A DNA stretch of 64,000 nucleotides, taken from the NCBI RefSeq assembly GCF_009914755.1, contig NC_060926.1. One strand, written 5' to 3'. The notes beneath the pieces are model-generated. The model did not search any database and had not been told where the DNA came from. It was given only the letters and a program-made list of their open reading frames with translations. The translations under genes were made by a program, and so were the position numbers. Position 1 is the first letter of the stretch. Every line of letters starts with the position of its first letter. The stretch is from the human T2T-CHM13v2.0 reference genome, Homo sapiens. Of the stretch, positions 1-13,669 are shown piece after piece.

Positions 1-1119
1 TTAGTTACAGGACAGAGTTCAAAGCTCTCGGTATTATTTTCAAGCCTTCCCTAAATCTGGCTTTAAATGTCTCTCTGATCTCATGTTGACATTCCCTACG
101 TGAACCCTTTACTCCTGCCACATTGACCTTTTTGTCCTGTGTCCTTCCCATCAGTGCCTGATCTGACATGCCCCTTCTTTCTATCCCTCCTGCTCCCCTA
201 CATACAAGCAAGGATGTAGAAACTCGACAATCCTATTCTCCAATATAACCAGCAATTTTTAAGCCCTTCACCAGGATAGAGTGAAGAAAAAAAAAGAGTA
301 CCTCTAAATTTGTCTCTTTTTTGCCAACACTTAATACAATTTCAAGGTCTGGCTGGAATTTACTTCTTCTCTAAAGCTTGCACTGCTATCAGACCTGTGA
401 TGCTCTCCTCTCCTGAATTCCTATTGTTTTTGTTTTCTAAAACACACATGTGATACTTAACATATCCTACCACCTATGATGAGCTACTTTTGTACCTATC
501 TGCCTCTCAGAAGTATGCAGGATGTCAACTGCACATGTGCAATGCATGTTCTCATATGTGTACACTCTTGTTGTATGTTGTATATTCTTAACTAAGCTCC
601 TGGAGCAAAGAACTATTCACACACTCATTCTCCCAAAGACCAGCCCCATGGATAGTGTGTAATCAGTAAAATGAATGAATGAATGAATGAACGAAAGTAA
701 ACTAAGATGAAATTTTAACTGCTGACCTTTGCTAACACTCCCATGCTAACTCACAAATATTTCAGAAAAAAAAAGTATAAAAAAGACATAATGATGAGAA
801 AAGCATTCTAGGCAGGCCTATTGATCTTGCCAAAAGGAGATGCAGAGTATAGATGGCACAGACTATGAAGCTGCTGAGATGTGCCTCACCCACTTTGAAG
901 AGAGACCAGGGAGCACAGTACTTGCATTATCATTCCACTGTTGGTCTCTGAATCAAAAGAGAAGGAGGCAAGTTCCTAGCTTAAATAAATTATTTAGAAT
1001 ATTGATTTAACTGCCTGAACTGTGTTAAGTTATATCTGAACTAAAAGACAAACATTTGCGTGTTTCCTTTAATGGAATCTGTGAATTCAAACATATATTT
1101 GGGTTTTTAAAAATAATCT

Positions 1120-2440
1120 CCCTCTCCCTCTCCCCCTCCCCCTCCCTCTCCCTCTCCTCTTTGCATGGTCTCCCTCTGATGCCGAGCGGAGGCTGGACTG
1201 TACTGCAACCTCCCTGCCTGATTCTCCTGCCTCAGCCTGCCCAGTGCCTGGGATTGCAGGCGCGCGCCTCCACGCCTGACTGGTTTTCATATTTTTTGGT
1301 GGAGACGGGGTTTCGCCGTGTTGGCCGGGCTGGTCTCCAGCTCCTGATGGCGAGTGATCTGCCAGCCTTGGCCTCCCGAGGTGCCGGGATTGCAGACAGA
1401 GTCTCGCTCACTCAGTGCTCAATGTTGCCCAGGCTGGAGTGCAGTGGCGTGATCTCGGCTCGCTACAACCTCCACCTCCCAGCCGCCTGCCTTGGCCTCC
1501 CAAAGTGCCGAGATTGCAGCCTCTGCCCGGCCACCACCCCGTCTAGGAAGTGAGGAGCGTCTCTGCCCGGCCGCCCATCGTCTGGGATGTGGGGAGTGCC
1601 TCTGCCCCACCGCCCCGTCTGAGATGTGAAGAGCGCCTCTGCCCGGCTGCGACCCCGTCTGGGAACTGAGGAGTGTCTCTGCCCCACCGCCACCCCTTCT
1701 GGGAGGTGAGGAGCGTCTCTGACCGGCCGCCCCGTCTGAGAAGTGAGGAGCCCCTCCGCCCGGCAGCCGCCCTGTCTGGGAGGTGGGGGGCAGCCCCCGC
1801 CCAGCCGCCACCCTGTCTGGGAGGTGGGGGGCGCCTCTGCCCGGCCGCCCCATCTGGGAAGTGAGGAGCCCCTCTGCCCAGCTGCCACCCCGTCCCGGAG
1901 GTGTACCCAACAGCTCATTGAGAACGGGCCATGATGACGATGGTGGTTTTGTCAGATAGAAAAGGGGGAAATGTGGGGAAAAGAAAGAGAGATCAGATTG
2001 TTACTGTGTCTGTGTAGAAAGAAGTAGACATAGGAGACTCCATTTTGTTCTGTACTAAGAAAAATTCTTCTGCCTTGGGATGCTGTTGATCTATAACCTT
2101 ACCCCCAACCCCCTGCTCTCTGAAACATGTGCTGTGTCCACTCAGGGTTAAATGGATGAAGGGCGGTGCAAGATGTGCTTTGTTAAACAGATGCTTGAAG
2201 GCAGCATACTCGTTAAGTCATCACCACTCCCTAATCTCAAGTACCCAGGGACACAAACACTGCAGAAGGCGGCAGGGCCCTCTGCCTAGGAAAACCAGAG
2301 ACCTTTGTTCACATGTTTATCTGCTGACCTTCCCTCCACTATTGTCCTATGACCCTGCCAAATCCCCCTCTCCGAGAAACACCCAAGAATGATCAATAAA
2401 TACTAAAAAAATAAATAAAAAATAAAAAAATAATAAATAA
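1120..2440 (+). mobile_element. Full-length SVA retrotransposon (older SVA_A/B-like, short VNTR), antisense to NRXN1
   Basis: (CCCTCT)n hexamer head at ~1117-1160, antisense Alu-like region, GC-rich VNTR at ~1520-1900, SINE-R region, AATAAA and A-rich tail. TSD TAAAAATAATCT at 1108-1119 and 2441-2452 with a TT/AAAA endonuclease site. Confidence 0.96.
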
Positions 2441-2856
2441 TAAAAATAATCTTAAAGAGACATAATTCTCTCCCTTTTAAAATACATATTCATAAGTATG
2501 TATATTTATAAAGGGTTATATACCAGGGCAAAAGTTACTGATAATGATTCTGCAAGAACTCTTAGTTTATTGCCTTCATTTTTAATTTATAAATGAAATA
2601 ATCTAGTTCTTAGGTTGGCTAATACAATAATGTTTTGCTTTTTTTCACTCTTTATAAAATTCATTTTACTTATTTTAGATACATGTCATAAAATCCTCAC
2701 TTGCATTTGCTTATTTTTGTGGTAAGCTAAGAATTTAATCTTACTGAAATAATTATAAAAAATTAAAGCAATCATACAATATAATAAAAGAACATAGTCT
2801 GATTTTTGTAAAATAACACTCAGGGTATGCAGATATATGACAGACATACCTTTTTT

Positions 2857-4463
2857 CCACACATCTACAATGATACAATGATCTTATTTTCAACAAAGGC
2901 ACCAAAAACATATCCTGGGGAAAAGACAATCTCTTCAAGAAATGGTGCTGGGAATACAGGATCCATATGCAGAAGAACGAAGCTAGACCCCAATCTTTCT
3001 CCATATGTGAAAATCAAACCAAAATGGATTAAAGTCTTAAATCTAAGACCTCAAACTATGAAATTACTACAAGAAAACACTGGGGAAAATCTCCAGGACA
3101 TTTTTTTGGGCAAAACTTTCATGAGGAATACACTACAAGCCCAGACAACCAAAGCAAAAATGGGCAAATGGAATCACATCACGTTAAAAAGCTTCTGCAC
3201 AGAAAAGGAAACAATCAACAAAGTGAAGAGACCACCCACAGAATGGGAGAAACTATTTGCAAACCCTCTATATAACAAGGAATTCATAACAAGAATACAT
3301 AAGGAGATATAACAACTTTACAGAAAATAATCTAATGATCCAATCAAAAAATGGGCAAAAGACTTGAATAGACATTTCTCAAAAGAAGACATACAAATGG
3401 CAAACAGGCATATGAAAAAGTGTTCAATATCACAGATCATCGGAGAAATGCCTGAATAGACATTTCTCAAAAGAAGACATACAAATGGCAAACAGGTATA
3501 TGAAAAAGTGCTCAATATCACAGATCATCGGAGAAATGGGAGAAGTGCCAATCAAAACTACAATGAGATATCATCTCACTCCATTTAAAATGGCTTATAA
3601 CCAAAAGACAGGCAATAACAAATGCCTGTGAGGATGTGGAGAAAAGGGAACCCTTGTACACAGTTGGTGGGAATGTAAATTAGTACAACCACTATAGAGA
3701 ACAGTTTGGAGGTTCCTCAAAAACTAAAGATTGAGCTACCATAAGATCTAGCAATCCCAATACTGAGTATATACCCCAAAGAAAGGAAATCAGTATATCA
3801 AAGAGACATCTGCACTCCTATGTTTGTTGCAGCACTCTTTACAATAACTAAGATTTGGGAGCAACCTAAGTTTTCATTAACAGATTAATGCATAAAGGAA
3901 ATGTGTTACATATACATAATGGACTACTGTTCAGACATAAAAAAATGAGATTCAGTCATTTGCAACAACACAGATGGAACTGGGCATCATTATGTTAAGT
4001 GAAATAGCCATGCACAGAAAGACAAATATCACATGTTCTCACTTATTTGTGGGATCTGAAAATCAAAACAATTGAACTCATGGACATAGAGAGTAGAAGA
4101 ATGGTTACCAGAGGCTGGGAAGGGTAGTGGGGTGGGGGGTGGGAAGACCGTGTGCAGGGGAGGTAAGGATGATTAATGGGTACTAAAAATAGAAAGAATG
4201 AATAAGAACTACTGTTTGATATCACAACAGGGTTACTATATTCAATAATAGCTGCATTGTACATTTTAAAATAACTTAAAAGAGTGTAACTGGATTGTTT
4301 GTAGCTCAAAGGATAAATGCTAGGGGGGATGGATACCCCATTCTTTGTGATGTGTGTATTTCACATTGCATATCTTTACGCCATAAATATATACACCTGC
4401 TATGTAGTCCATAAATACCCCATAAATATATACCTACTATATACTGACAAAAAAATTATAAAA
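2857..4463 (+). mobile_element. 5'-truncated L1 (L1MA1-3-like): ORF2 3' end plus 3' UTR
   Basis: Degenerate ORF2 C-terminal peptide (...[19 protein letters not shown]...KSFCTEKETINKVKRPPTEWEKLFAN), an L1MA-type 3' UTR, and TSD ACATACCTTTTTT at 2844-2856 and 4464-4476. Confidence 0.92.
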
Positions 4464-6079
4464 ACATACCTTTTTTGGGGGAATATTTTTCGAAATATAC
4501 CCCATAAATATACTCCATAAATATATATACCTACTATATACACACAAAAATTTGTATAAACATACCTTTTTTTCTTTTGGGAATATTTTTTGAAAGATGT
4601 TTTTTTAATAAAAAACAAACAAGATATAAAATACATGAAAATCTTTGAGTATTGTCTATCTTTCTTTGGGTAAAAGTCTTAAGGTTTTGGACACTACTAT
4701 CCTTCTTAATTCATACTAAAAATCATAATCACTCCTAAAGTGTAGTAAGTCCCTCGGAAAATTATTAAATGATAAGCTTAAAAGAAAAATTTAATGTATA
4801 TACTATAACCATTTAAAAAGGAGAGTGTTTTGAGGTTGTATAACCTTTAAAAGTACATTTTGAATTTCTATATTAATTTTAAAGTGCATCAATTTTGTCA
4901 TATGAACGTTCGTAATACCAAATATATCAATAAACTGTAAAAATTGAGAAGGGAGACTATGTTGAACTTAAGAAAATTTCATTTGAAACCTATTAATTTC
5001 AGAAACAAACCATACATATATAACAGAAATAATTTACAATTAAAATTTTTACTGAAGCTCTTTCAATGGACACCCTTCATCTTTCCCATTACTCTCTTGT
5101 CACTTCATAACTATGACATGGATCAGGCACATTAAACATAGTTCTACATGAAGGAGTAAAGACAATGACAAAAACTGTGGAATGGTACATAGGAAGGACT
5201 TCATAGAAGCAGGGAGTAGGCAATGAGTTTTAGTGTTTTTAAAATTGAAAAAAGAAGATAATCATTACTAACTGAAGGTCTTTCTATAAAATAAAAATAA
5301 CAAGGTAGTTCACATTAAATACATTAAATTACAGTTAAAGTTATTTTTAACTCCACAGATTAATGCACTTTCCCTTTCACAGAACTCATTTTCTATTAAC
5401 TTTAGCAACCAGACACCAGAGGTTGCAGTGTAAGGTGTATTTTTTTATGGCTCAAATATAATTTAATCATTGTATTTTCTCTTCACTAGATTGACAAAGT
5501 GCACTATGAATTGGTGGAAATGCGCTGTCTCATCATGTGATGATCAGAAGCTGTGATAAAGATATCATTTGCTCCAACATTTCTAGCACACGCTGCATAG
5601 AGTCTGCAAATGTTCTGATGAAGCATGGATAATGATTTGAATTTACACTTCAGATCCACAGCATATTAGGCTATGGTCTCACTGGAGGCATGTGAAATAT
5701 TAGCCATAGAGATGTCTTAACCACCATTTACATTTGTTTTAACATAAAATCAGCTAGGGTATAAAAATGCACAAGTCTCTCTAACTGTAAATAACCACAC
5801 ATCATCATAAATATTGAGTCCAGGACCAATACCTTATCACTCGTAGTTACATCTTTTTGCATTAATTCAAGAAGATCTTGTGACATAGTCTCTCACAATG
5901 TGATATGCTAAATTACATTAAAAAAAAACAGAAAAAAATAGACAAACTCTGTAGAGGCTTGTAGTTTCATCACTGTGAATCACTTTCAAATTCTATATTC
6001 CTATTTTTATGGCCAACTGTTAGTAGTTATTCAACAACATACAAAAAAAAAAAAAAAAAAGCTTGGACTAGTACCATTG

Positions 6080-6360
6080 ATTTGTTCATTCAAAAAGAAT
6101 TTGTTTAGTACCTCCTATATGGTAGCCCTATCCTAGCCACTGGGAATACCATGGTGAGCAATACAGTCAACAGTTCCTTCCCTCAAAGAGCTTATACTTC
6201 AGTGGAGACAGATGGGCAATAAACAGAATAACTAAGCTATATAATAAGATCAATTGTATTCTGTACTATGGGGGAAAACAGAGCAATAAAGAGAGAGAAT
6301 TGGAAGTGGTGGAAGTGATTGTAAATGTTAATAGGGTAAGAAAGGCCTCACTGAGCAAAT
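6080..6360 (-). mobile_element. L2 3' fragment
   Basis: ttcattcaa...tagtacctcctat...ctgggaatac...ccctcaaagagcttatacttcagtggagacag pattern typical of L2 3' ends; highly diverged. Confidence 0.65.
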
Positions 6361-6626
6361 AAAATATACCAAGAAAGGAGACAGGAGGAAGGCAGGAAAG
6401 TAAAAGGTTGGGAGAACAAAATGCGCAAAGAAAGCTGAGAAACACTAATGTGACTGCTGGCCTCTGTACCTACCTTAAGCTTTGTGTTCCCTCTACCAGT
6501 CCCAGGTGACCTCCCCAAATATCCCTTTGGTCTTATGCTCTATTTCACTCACCATAAAATTAATAATTTCTATTTCCTTCTATTTTAGGAGACATATGAA
6601 AATAATATATTATACATTTTCACTAT

Positions 6627-6993
6627 TGTATTAGTCTGTTCTCACACTCCTATAAAGAAATGCCCAAGACTGGGTAATTTATAAAGGAAGAGGTTTAATT
6701 GACTCACAGATCTGCATGGCTGGGAAGGCCTCAGGAAATTTATAATCAGGCAGAAGGGGAAGCAAACATGTCCTTCTTCACATGATGGCAGGAAGGAGAA
6801 GTCCCAAGCAAAGAGGGAAAAGCCCCTTATAAAACCATCAGATCGTGTGAGAACTCACTCACTATCAGTGGCATGGGGGTTACCACCCCCATTATTCAAT
6901 TACCTCCCACCAGGTCCCTTCCACGACCCTTGAGGATTACAAGAACTACAATTAAAGATGAGATTTCGGTGGGGACACAGCCAAACCATGTAA
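6627..6993 (-). mobile_element. Solo MaLR LTR (THE1C/D-like)
   Basis: tgtattagtc...gactgggtaatttataaag...ccccttataaaaccatcagatc...ggggacacagccaaaccat, flanked by a 5-bp TSD ACTAT (6622-6626 and 6994-6998). Confidence 0.93.
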
Positions 6994-9900
6994 ACTATTG
7001 TTTAGGATATGTGTATACCTTTTTCAGAAAGTTATATTTTGCATTAGTGCAGTAAATGAAACTGCAATATTTACACAGATTCATTTTGAAATCTTAATCA
7101 AAAAACAGTAACGGTTTCCTTTTTACAGTTACATAAAAAATGAAGAAGGGACCCACCCATTAAACCTACCTTGAATGAGGAAAGAGATTGAGACTGAATT
7201 TCATTTCTGCCTCCAGTCATGTTTTATAAAAGCGGTCAAACCAGTTTTCCTTACAAGCAGATGTCCAGTTGTATCTGTATCTGCCTGCCTCCTCAACCCA
7301 TCCTCCACAAGATTGAGAAAAGGAAGACAGTGTGCTCTTGATCTGGATACACATTTCAAGCCAAAGTTTTATAAAGAGGAAGTTCAATTCAATGTAGAAA
7401 TATCTGAATGCTGTGTACTATTTTATTGGGTACAGAATAAAAGGGGCAGCAGAGTAACTTTTTGACTTCTCACTGCATCTTTTGTTTTCCTAAAGCTTCT
7501 GCTTCACTACGAATGAAGAAGACTAAAATTTCTCTGAAGAGAAGGAAGCCATCCATGATTTTTGACAATGTTAAAACCCTGATATTCTGCTTGGTCCTAG
7601 GTATTCTGCTGTATCCCTGACATTCTGCTTGGTAGTAGGGATTTGCACTGTGCTTGGTCCAGAAGACAAATTCCAAGCTCCTACAGAGTCTGATGGCTTT
7701 ACAAATAACCTAGCTATCACAATTCTAAATAAGTGTGAAAACCCTGTTAAAGCACATAGGAAGGGGACATAACTTGTTTGGTGGGGAGGGAGAAGGCAAG
7801 GCTTTCTTGAGGCAGTAACATTTGAATTGAGGCCTGGAAAAAGAGTAAAAATTAAAGAAACAAAGAAGAAATGTACTGAAAAAGCAACAAAGTCCAAAAG
7901 AACGCACATCCAAGAAACCGAAAAGTGCAGGATCACAAAGAGAAGTATAAAATGTAAAGAAGGAATAAGGGATAGATGGGGCTGCACAGATAAGAAGGCT
8001 AAAATATCACATGTGGATTAAGAAGGACCATCCTGAAGGCAAGGTGGAGGAACGGAGTACTGAGAAGTTTTAAGCAGAAAAATAAAATGACCAAATGTGC
8101 ATTTTAGAAAGATTACTAGTTCTTCCAGAGGTCTAACCGAGAGGTCACCATGATGATGACCTGAACCAGGGTAGAAGCTGGAGGAAAAATAAAATCAAAA
8201 GGATTTTATTTCCTTTGTACTTGAGAGTTATTTAGGAGATGAAACAAGTGACCGATGGAATGTAGGGAGGGGTTTCCTTCTTGGTTCACTGAGCACGTGC
8301 CTCTTCTTATATCTCTAAAGCAAGCAGGAATCTCCACTGAGTCCTGAACAGGCTCAAAAAGTTTCACCAAGAATGAATGTGCAACTATCCCAACAAGTTT
8401 CACCAAGTATAAATGTGGTTCAGACTCATTCCTCAACACATGGTGTACCCTCCTTGCAGCCTCCCCCAACACACACAGCTGTTTTATTTTAGATGCTGCA
8501 AATCATAAATGTGTATTACAGATCTAACAATTGTAAAATCTCCAAATAAAGTTATTTCTTTGAGTGACTGGAACGGAGAAAGGGAGCGGTGCTTTGTATT
8601 TGGCAGGAACTTAGATTAGTGTCTTTTCAGAAAGCCCAGTACATTTTGATTAGCTCAATCATCATTCAACAATTATTCTCTCTCTGATTTTAAAATTTTC
8701 ATTAAAAGCAAATTTTTAAAAAGGCATACCCTTGTACAGGAGAACTCCCTTGGTATTGAGCAAATTCATCCAGGGATCAAGGGAAATACAAAATATTTTC
8801 ACACCATTATCAATGTTTATGCTGTAGCAGAGGAATCATTCTCAAACACAGGCAAAATATGCATATATTTTTAAATACCTTAGATGCTATAATAATAAAA
8901 ATATTAAAATATATATGGCAAATCCATTAATCTACTCTGAGTATGTCTATTAACATGTTTAAAGGCATAAGTGGTTTATCATATTTTTATCATATTTAAG
9001 TTACAAAAATCTTTTTTATTTTAAGCTTTTTATCATTTAAATCATATTTTTATTGTAGTTAAGTTACAAAAATCTTTGACTCTCCTTTGAATATTTTCAA
9101 ATCAATTCCATAAGTGAAGACAAAATACACAATTGAGGAAGGGGCCATGATTTGCCCCAAAATTGTCATCAAATGAATGAACTCAATGACTTCTGAATCA
9201 CACTTTTAAATCAGATGTTCCCATTTGATCTGTCAATTTCTCCAGGTTTGATACATAGGTGTAAAATCATCACACTCTTAAGGCAATGAACTGCAGGCTT
9301 AAATAAATAGTATATCTGAAAGAGATTAAGGCAATCGTATCTTTCAGAAGAATCATATCTTTCAGAAGACATACTTGGTAATGAGTTTTGGACTGCAAGT
9401 ATCAGTTCTTAGACACAGCATGTGACAGTTTGGTTGCTTGGCTAAAGTTTCACAGCGAATAATTCATCTCTGCATCAGCTGGACCCTGACCTGCAATCTC
9501 ATTAGATTCATTCTAGCCCAATATTAAAAGTATTTCTTGCTAATAATGCAAATGCCATTATCATCCAAGTAATAACTAGTGTCTGGTAGTATACTGATGA
9601 AATTTTGGGTATTCTTTTGCATTTTTGTCCAATTTTCATTATTTCTCAGTGGGAAAGAAAAAAGAAAGGAAGGGAGGCAATAAGGAAGAAAATGAGAAGG
9701 AAGGAAAAAAGAAACGGAGATAAAGAAAGTAGGCAGGTGGGTGTATCTTACAAATTTGCATACATACAATAGTTTGAGTAAATTGGAAATACTTAAACTT
9801 TATCCTTTGTAATGTAAAAACATTAAAACAAAAATTCTCCACCATGAAAACAGAAAATATATATTTGTATCTCCTCCCATTATATGCTTTTATGAGAGAT

Positions 9901-10409
9901 GGTTAGTGAATTTTACACTTAAATAGACACACTTCTTTTTGAAACCTCAGTTTTACTTGGTACCAATAACACTGAAATAATCCTCCACTGTATCCCAGCT
10001 AATGCTTCTGCATCCCACCAAATACATCTGAATGCATGGCTAAAACAGAACACGTGATCTGGCCAGCCTTACACGTGTAATGAAAATCTAAATTAAAGAG
10101 AATGAGACAGCAGAGATAAAGAGGATTTGGGGAAGGAATAAAAGAGACTAAACATAGCACTGAGAATTCTCCTCTTTTTACAAAAATGACAGACTTAAGA
10201 GAGGGCATGGAACAGATTAAGAGAATTAACATGGAGAGGAGAGCAGAGGTATAAAAGGTATCCAAGAAAAGTAAAACATACAAAGGCAATTCAAATCAAA
10301 GTGAGCACTGCCTATATACAGACAGAAAGCGAGTCCTCTATGAAACCATACTTGGCAGAAAGTACTCATTATTAATAGAAAGTGAAATCATTTTGATATC
10401 TACACCAGC

Positions 10410-10519
10410 AGTCATTAAATAGGCCCACAGACTACCCCTGGTTTTGCAAATAAAGTTCTATTGTAATACACACATACATACATGTACACACACACACACA
10501 CATACACACACACATACAC
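10410..10519. repeat. MER58-like fragment running into an imperfect (CA)n microsatellite
   Basis: ggttttgcaaataaagttctattg motif followed by CA/TA dinucleotide runs. Confidence 0.6.
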
Positions 10520-11046
10520 GGCAAAAACCAAGCAAACAAAAATCATGAGTGACATTTATTGGCAACTAAAGTTATCATTGATTTTTGCTGCTATTAGTGG
10601 AGTGTTTGCATTGCCCTAACACTGGCCAATGGAGAAACAAATGTGGATGAGCCAGCTGTCCCTATGATACTTAACATCATCAATTTTGTGTTTAACATTT
10701 GACCATATGAGGTATTTCACTTAAAAGTACCTTAAGGATGAGGTTCTAGCATTGTGTGATAAAGTACAGCTCATGAAATCCACATAATTTTCTGGTTGTT
10801 CGTAATTTCCTTGTTCATAGACTGATGAATCAAAGAAAAGGACTGGTAAGAATTCTCAACCATATAACCTTGGTCTGTGTTTTGCTGTGGTAATCCTATT
10901 AGGGTAATCATAATTTACCACCCAGGAAAGGACACATGATAGTGGAAGGTGTTAATATTAATAATTAATACCAGTACAACAAGAATACATTTGGATTCCT
11001 CTAAGTAAACAGATGCATCTGGTCCTGGTCACCCTAGTCAAAATAG

Positions 11047-11049
<3 letters not shown>

Positions 11050-11097
<48 letters not shown>
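11050..11097. repeat. (TG)24 microsatellite
   Basis: Perfect dinucleotide run, directly visible. Confidence 0.98.
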
Positions 11098-11100
<3 letters not shown>

Positions 11101-13669
11101 CACATTGTTCTATCCCTCTGGCCTACCATATTCTTATTCATATATCTTGCAATGGACCCCTGTTATTTGCTAGGTGGGAGAGGAGACATTAATAATGCAG
11201 AAATTTTTTTTTCCGGGTATTTTTCATGTCAAAGGACTTTTACACTAACGTTATGATATGCTGCATTTCTACAAAGTTCAATATTGTGCTTGTTTTAAGA
11301 AAAGGAATTATTTGTGGTTTTCCACTTTGCATGCCAAAACAGCGATTTTCAATTTCAAAACTGTTGTATGCATCGGTAAGGATATAATTTACATCTATTC
11401 TCCCTTCCCCCTTCACTTTCTAAATGGAGCGACATTAAAATATAAATTCATGCAATATTAGGTAAGTGGGAAAGTAAGGCCTTTCTTTTGACTATTAAGC
11501 AAAGAATACATCTTAGGAACACCATAAATCATGCTTGTCAGGATATTCAAAAGAATCATTCTGTATAGTTACCATTCTATTATTTAGAAAGCACAGACAT
11601 GAAACAATATAATTCAGCTGGGCTGCATGTATCTGATTTGCATATGGCTGTATCTTTTTAATCTGTGTTTTCACAAGATGAATATAATTAGCAAGATTTA
11701 ATTTATCTTTAAAACCACTGAACTATGTTGATTACCTGCAGGATGACATCACCCATATGCACTAGTAGATTTGGACTCCTAAACAGAGCAATTCAATGTA
11801 TTTTGTAGCTAAACAAAGTGCATACTGCAAGTTAAAAAGTGATAAACTAGTCATCCATGCAAGATGCATAATTCATCATGAAGAGATCAGAACTGTTGTT
11901 TTATCCTGTTTTCCTATTTTTTTCTCCTAAAGAAACCACAAATGATTTGGGATAGTCAATTTACAAGTCTGTGACCATTGATTAAAAAAATATTAAATAA
12001 ACCCTTCAGTGGAACTGCATGGATATATTCTCTGTACTTCTCCCATCTGAGCCCTTCATCCACCTTTCCTTCATATACGCTTTCAGGTTAAGAATTTTTC
12101 ACATAATGAATTATCTCTGACCTAACATTCTCAAAGGAGCTTATTTGTGCTAGGATGTTTGACTTTAAAGGAACGATAACAAGAAATATCATGTTAAACT
12201 TGTCAGCTATAAAATAAAAAGTATAATTTCTAATACAATGCATTATTTAGTCATATCCAACTTTTTAAAAAATTGTACAAATTCAAATCTGTGGTTCTGG
12301 GACGTTAGAGGCTCTAATTGCACACAATGTAACATGATAATCAACATAATTTCCTCTAAAACACCAGTTTGTGTCCCCATGAATTCTAACTATAGCCTAG
12401 AGTAAAAACAAAGAAAAACATTTTAATAAGGACAATGTATTACCACTGGGCTGATTATTTTCCCAGAGAAAGACAACCATGAAAATAAATAAAAATAAAA
12501 TTGTTTGCATTAGAACTGGCATTATTAGATATATTTTACTCATTATGGAAAGAAATATCTGGACATCGAAGAGGAAAACTCAAACCACAAACCTCATAAT
12601 GAACTGCTTCTCAACTGAAGTTGCCATTTAGTCTGACTGACAGTATTTTATTTCTAGGGTTGGCTTTATGTTGGTCTAATCTAGATTTTGTATTGAATAC
12701 ACACAGACATAGCAGAATATTTCACAACTCCTCATCAATCTAGATCAATTACTTATCTAAGTGCAGATGAAGATTTGATTCGTGATGTGCTATTTCTCAG
12801 AGAATTGTCTGCTTAACCGTAGCAACCAGAACCACAAATATAACTGGTAACACAACAAAAATTGAGAGTTAGGTCAGCTCATAGAAGAAATATACAAGGC
12901 AGTTACGTGGATAAATCTTTAGACATCAAACACATGCAAAATTTTCCCAGGCTTCCTGACCACTCTCAGTTTTATATGAAAGTGCACTTTAACTTGTTGA
13001 CTGATGTCATACTGATTTTCCTCAAATATCACTTTTAACCCATCACATTCCATGGAAAACGTTTTGCTGGCCAAATAAAACCCAAAGCCTTGAATTCAAA
13101 TCTCATCACAGTCTGGCATAAACTAACATTTTCAGTCTACTAGCTCACAATTTTCCACATTGAATCCTTGACAAGTGAGAATTATTTCCTCATTCCCTGG
13201 TGAAACATATTCCTTTCCTGTCTATCTTTACTTAAGCCCTCTCTCACCTGGAATTTTGTCTTCCCTTCTATCATCAAACCTGTGGTTCTTTCATCTGATT
13301 TATCTAACTCTCATAGCTAGAAGTAAGCCCTTAAAAATAGGGATATATCTGTATGCCCCAGCATGAAAAACCTATTTGTGATTGATTGATTGGATCCCCT
13401 CCTATCCAAACTCATTTTTAGGTTTTATTGTACACACCCTACCTTGCCTGACTTTTCCCAGCAATAAGTGCTGGTTTGATCTGCCAGGTTACCCTTCAAT
13501 GCTGTTTGGCTTTGTGTCCTCAATGGGCCATCTTATTCTATCTTTAGCAAACACAAAGAAGTCACCTTAAGAAGAAAAACGACTAGAAAAGAAAAACGAG
13601 AGAGCATCATACCAGTTCCATTGCCCTAGAAAAGAGATAAGGAAGCGAGATATGAATTTTTTTCATAAT

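Noticed and set aside
1056-2392. Several 60-165 aa ORFs on both strands
   Set aside because: All lie within the GC-rich SVA (Alu-like, VNTR, SINE-R); typical stop-poor repeat frames, not genes.
2827-3312. 161-aa ORF resembling L1 ORF2p
   Set aside because: Frameshifted remnant of a 5'-truncated L1 lacking the EN and RT domains.
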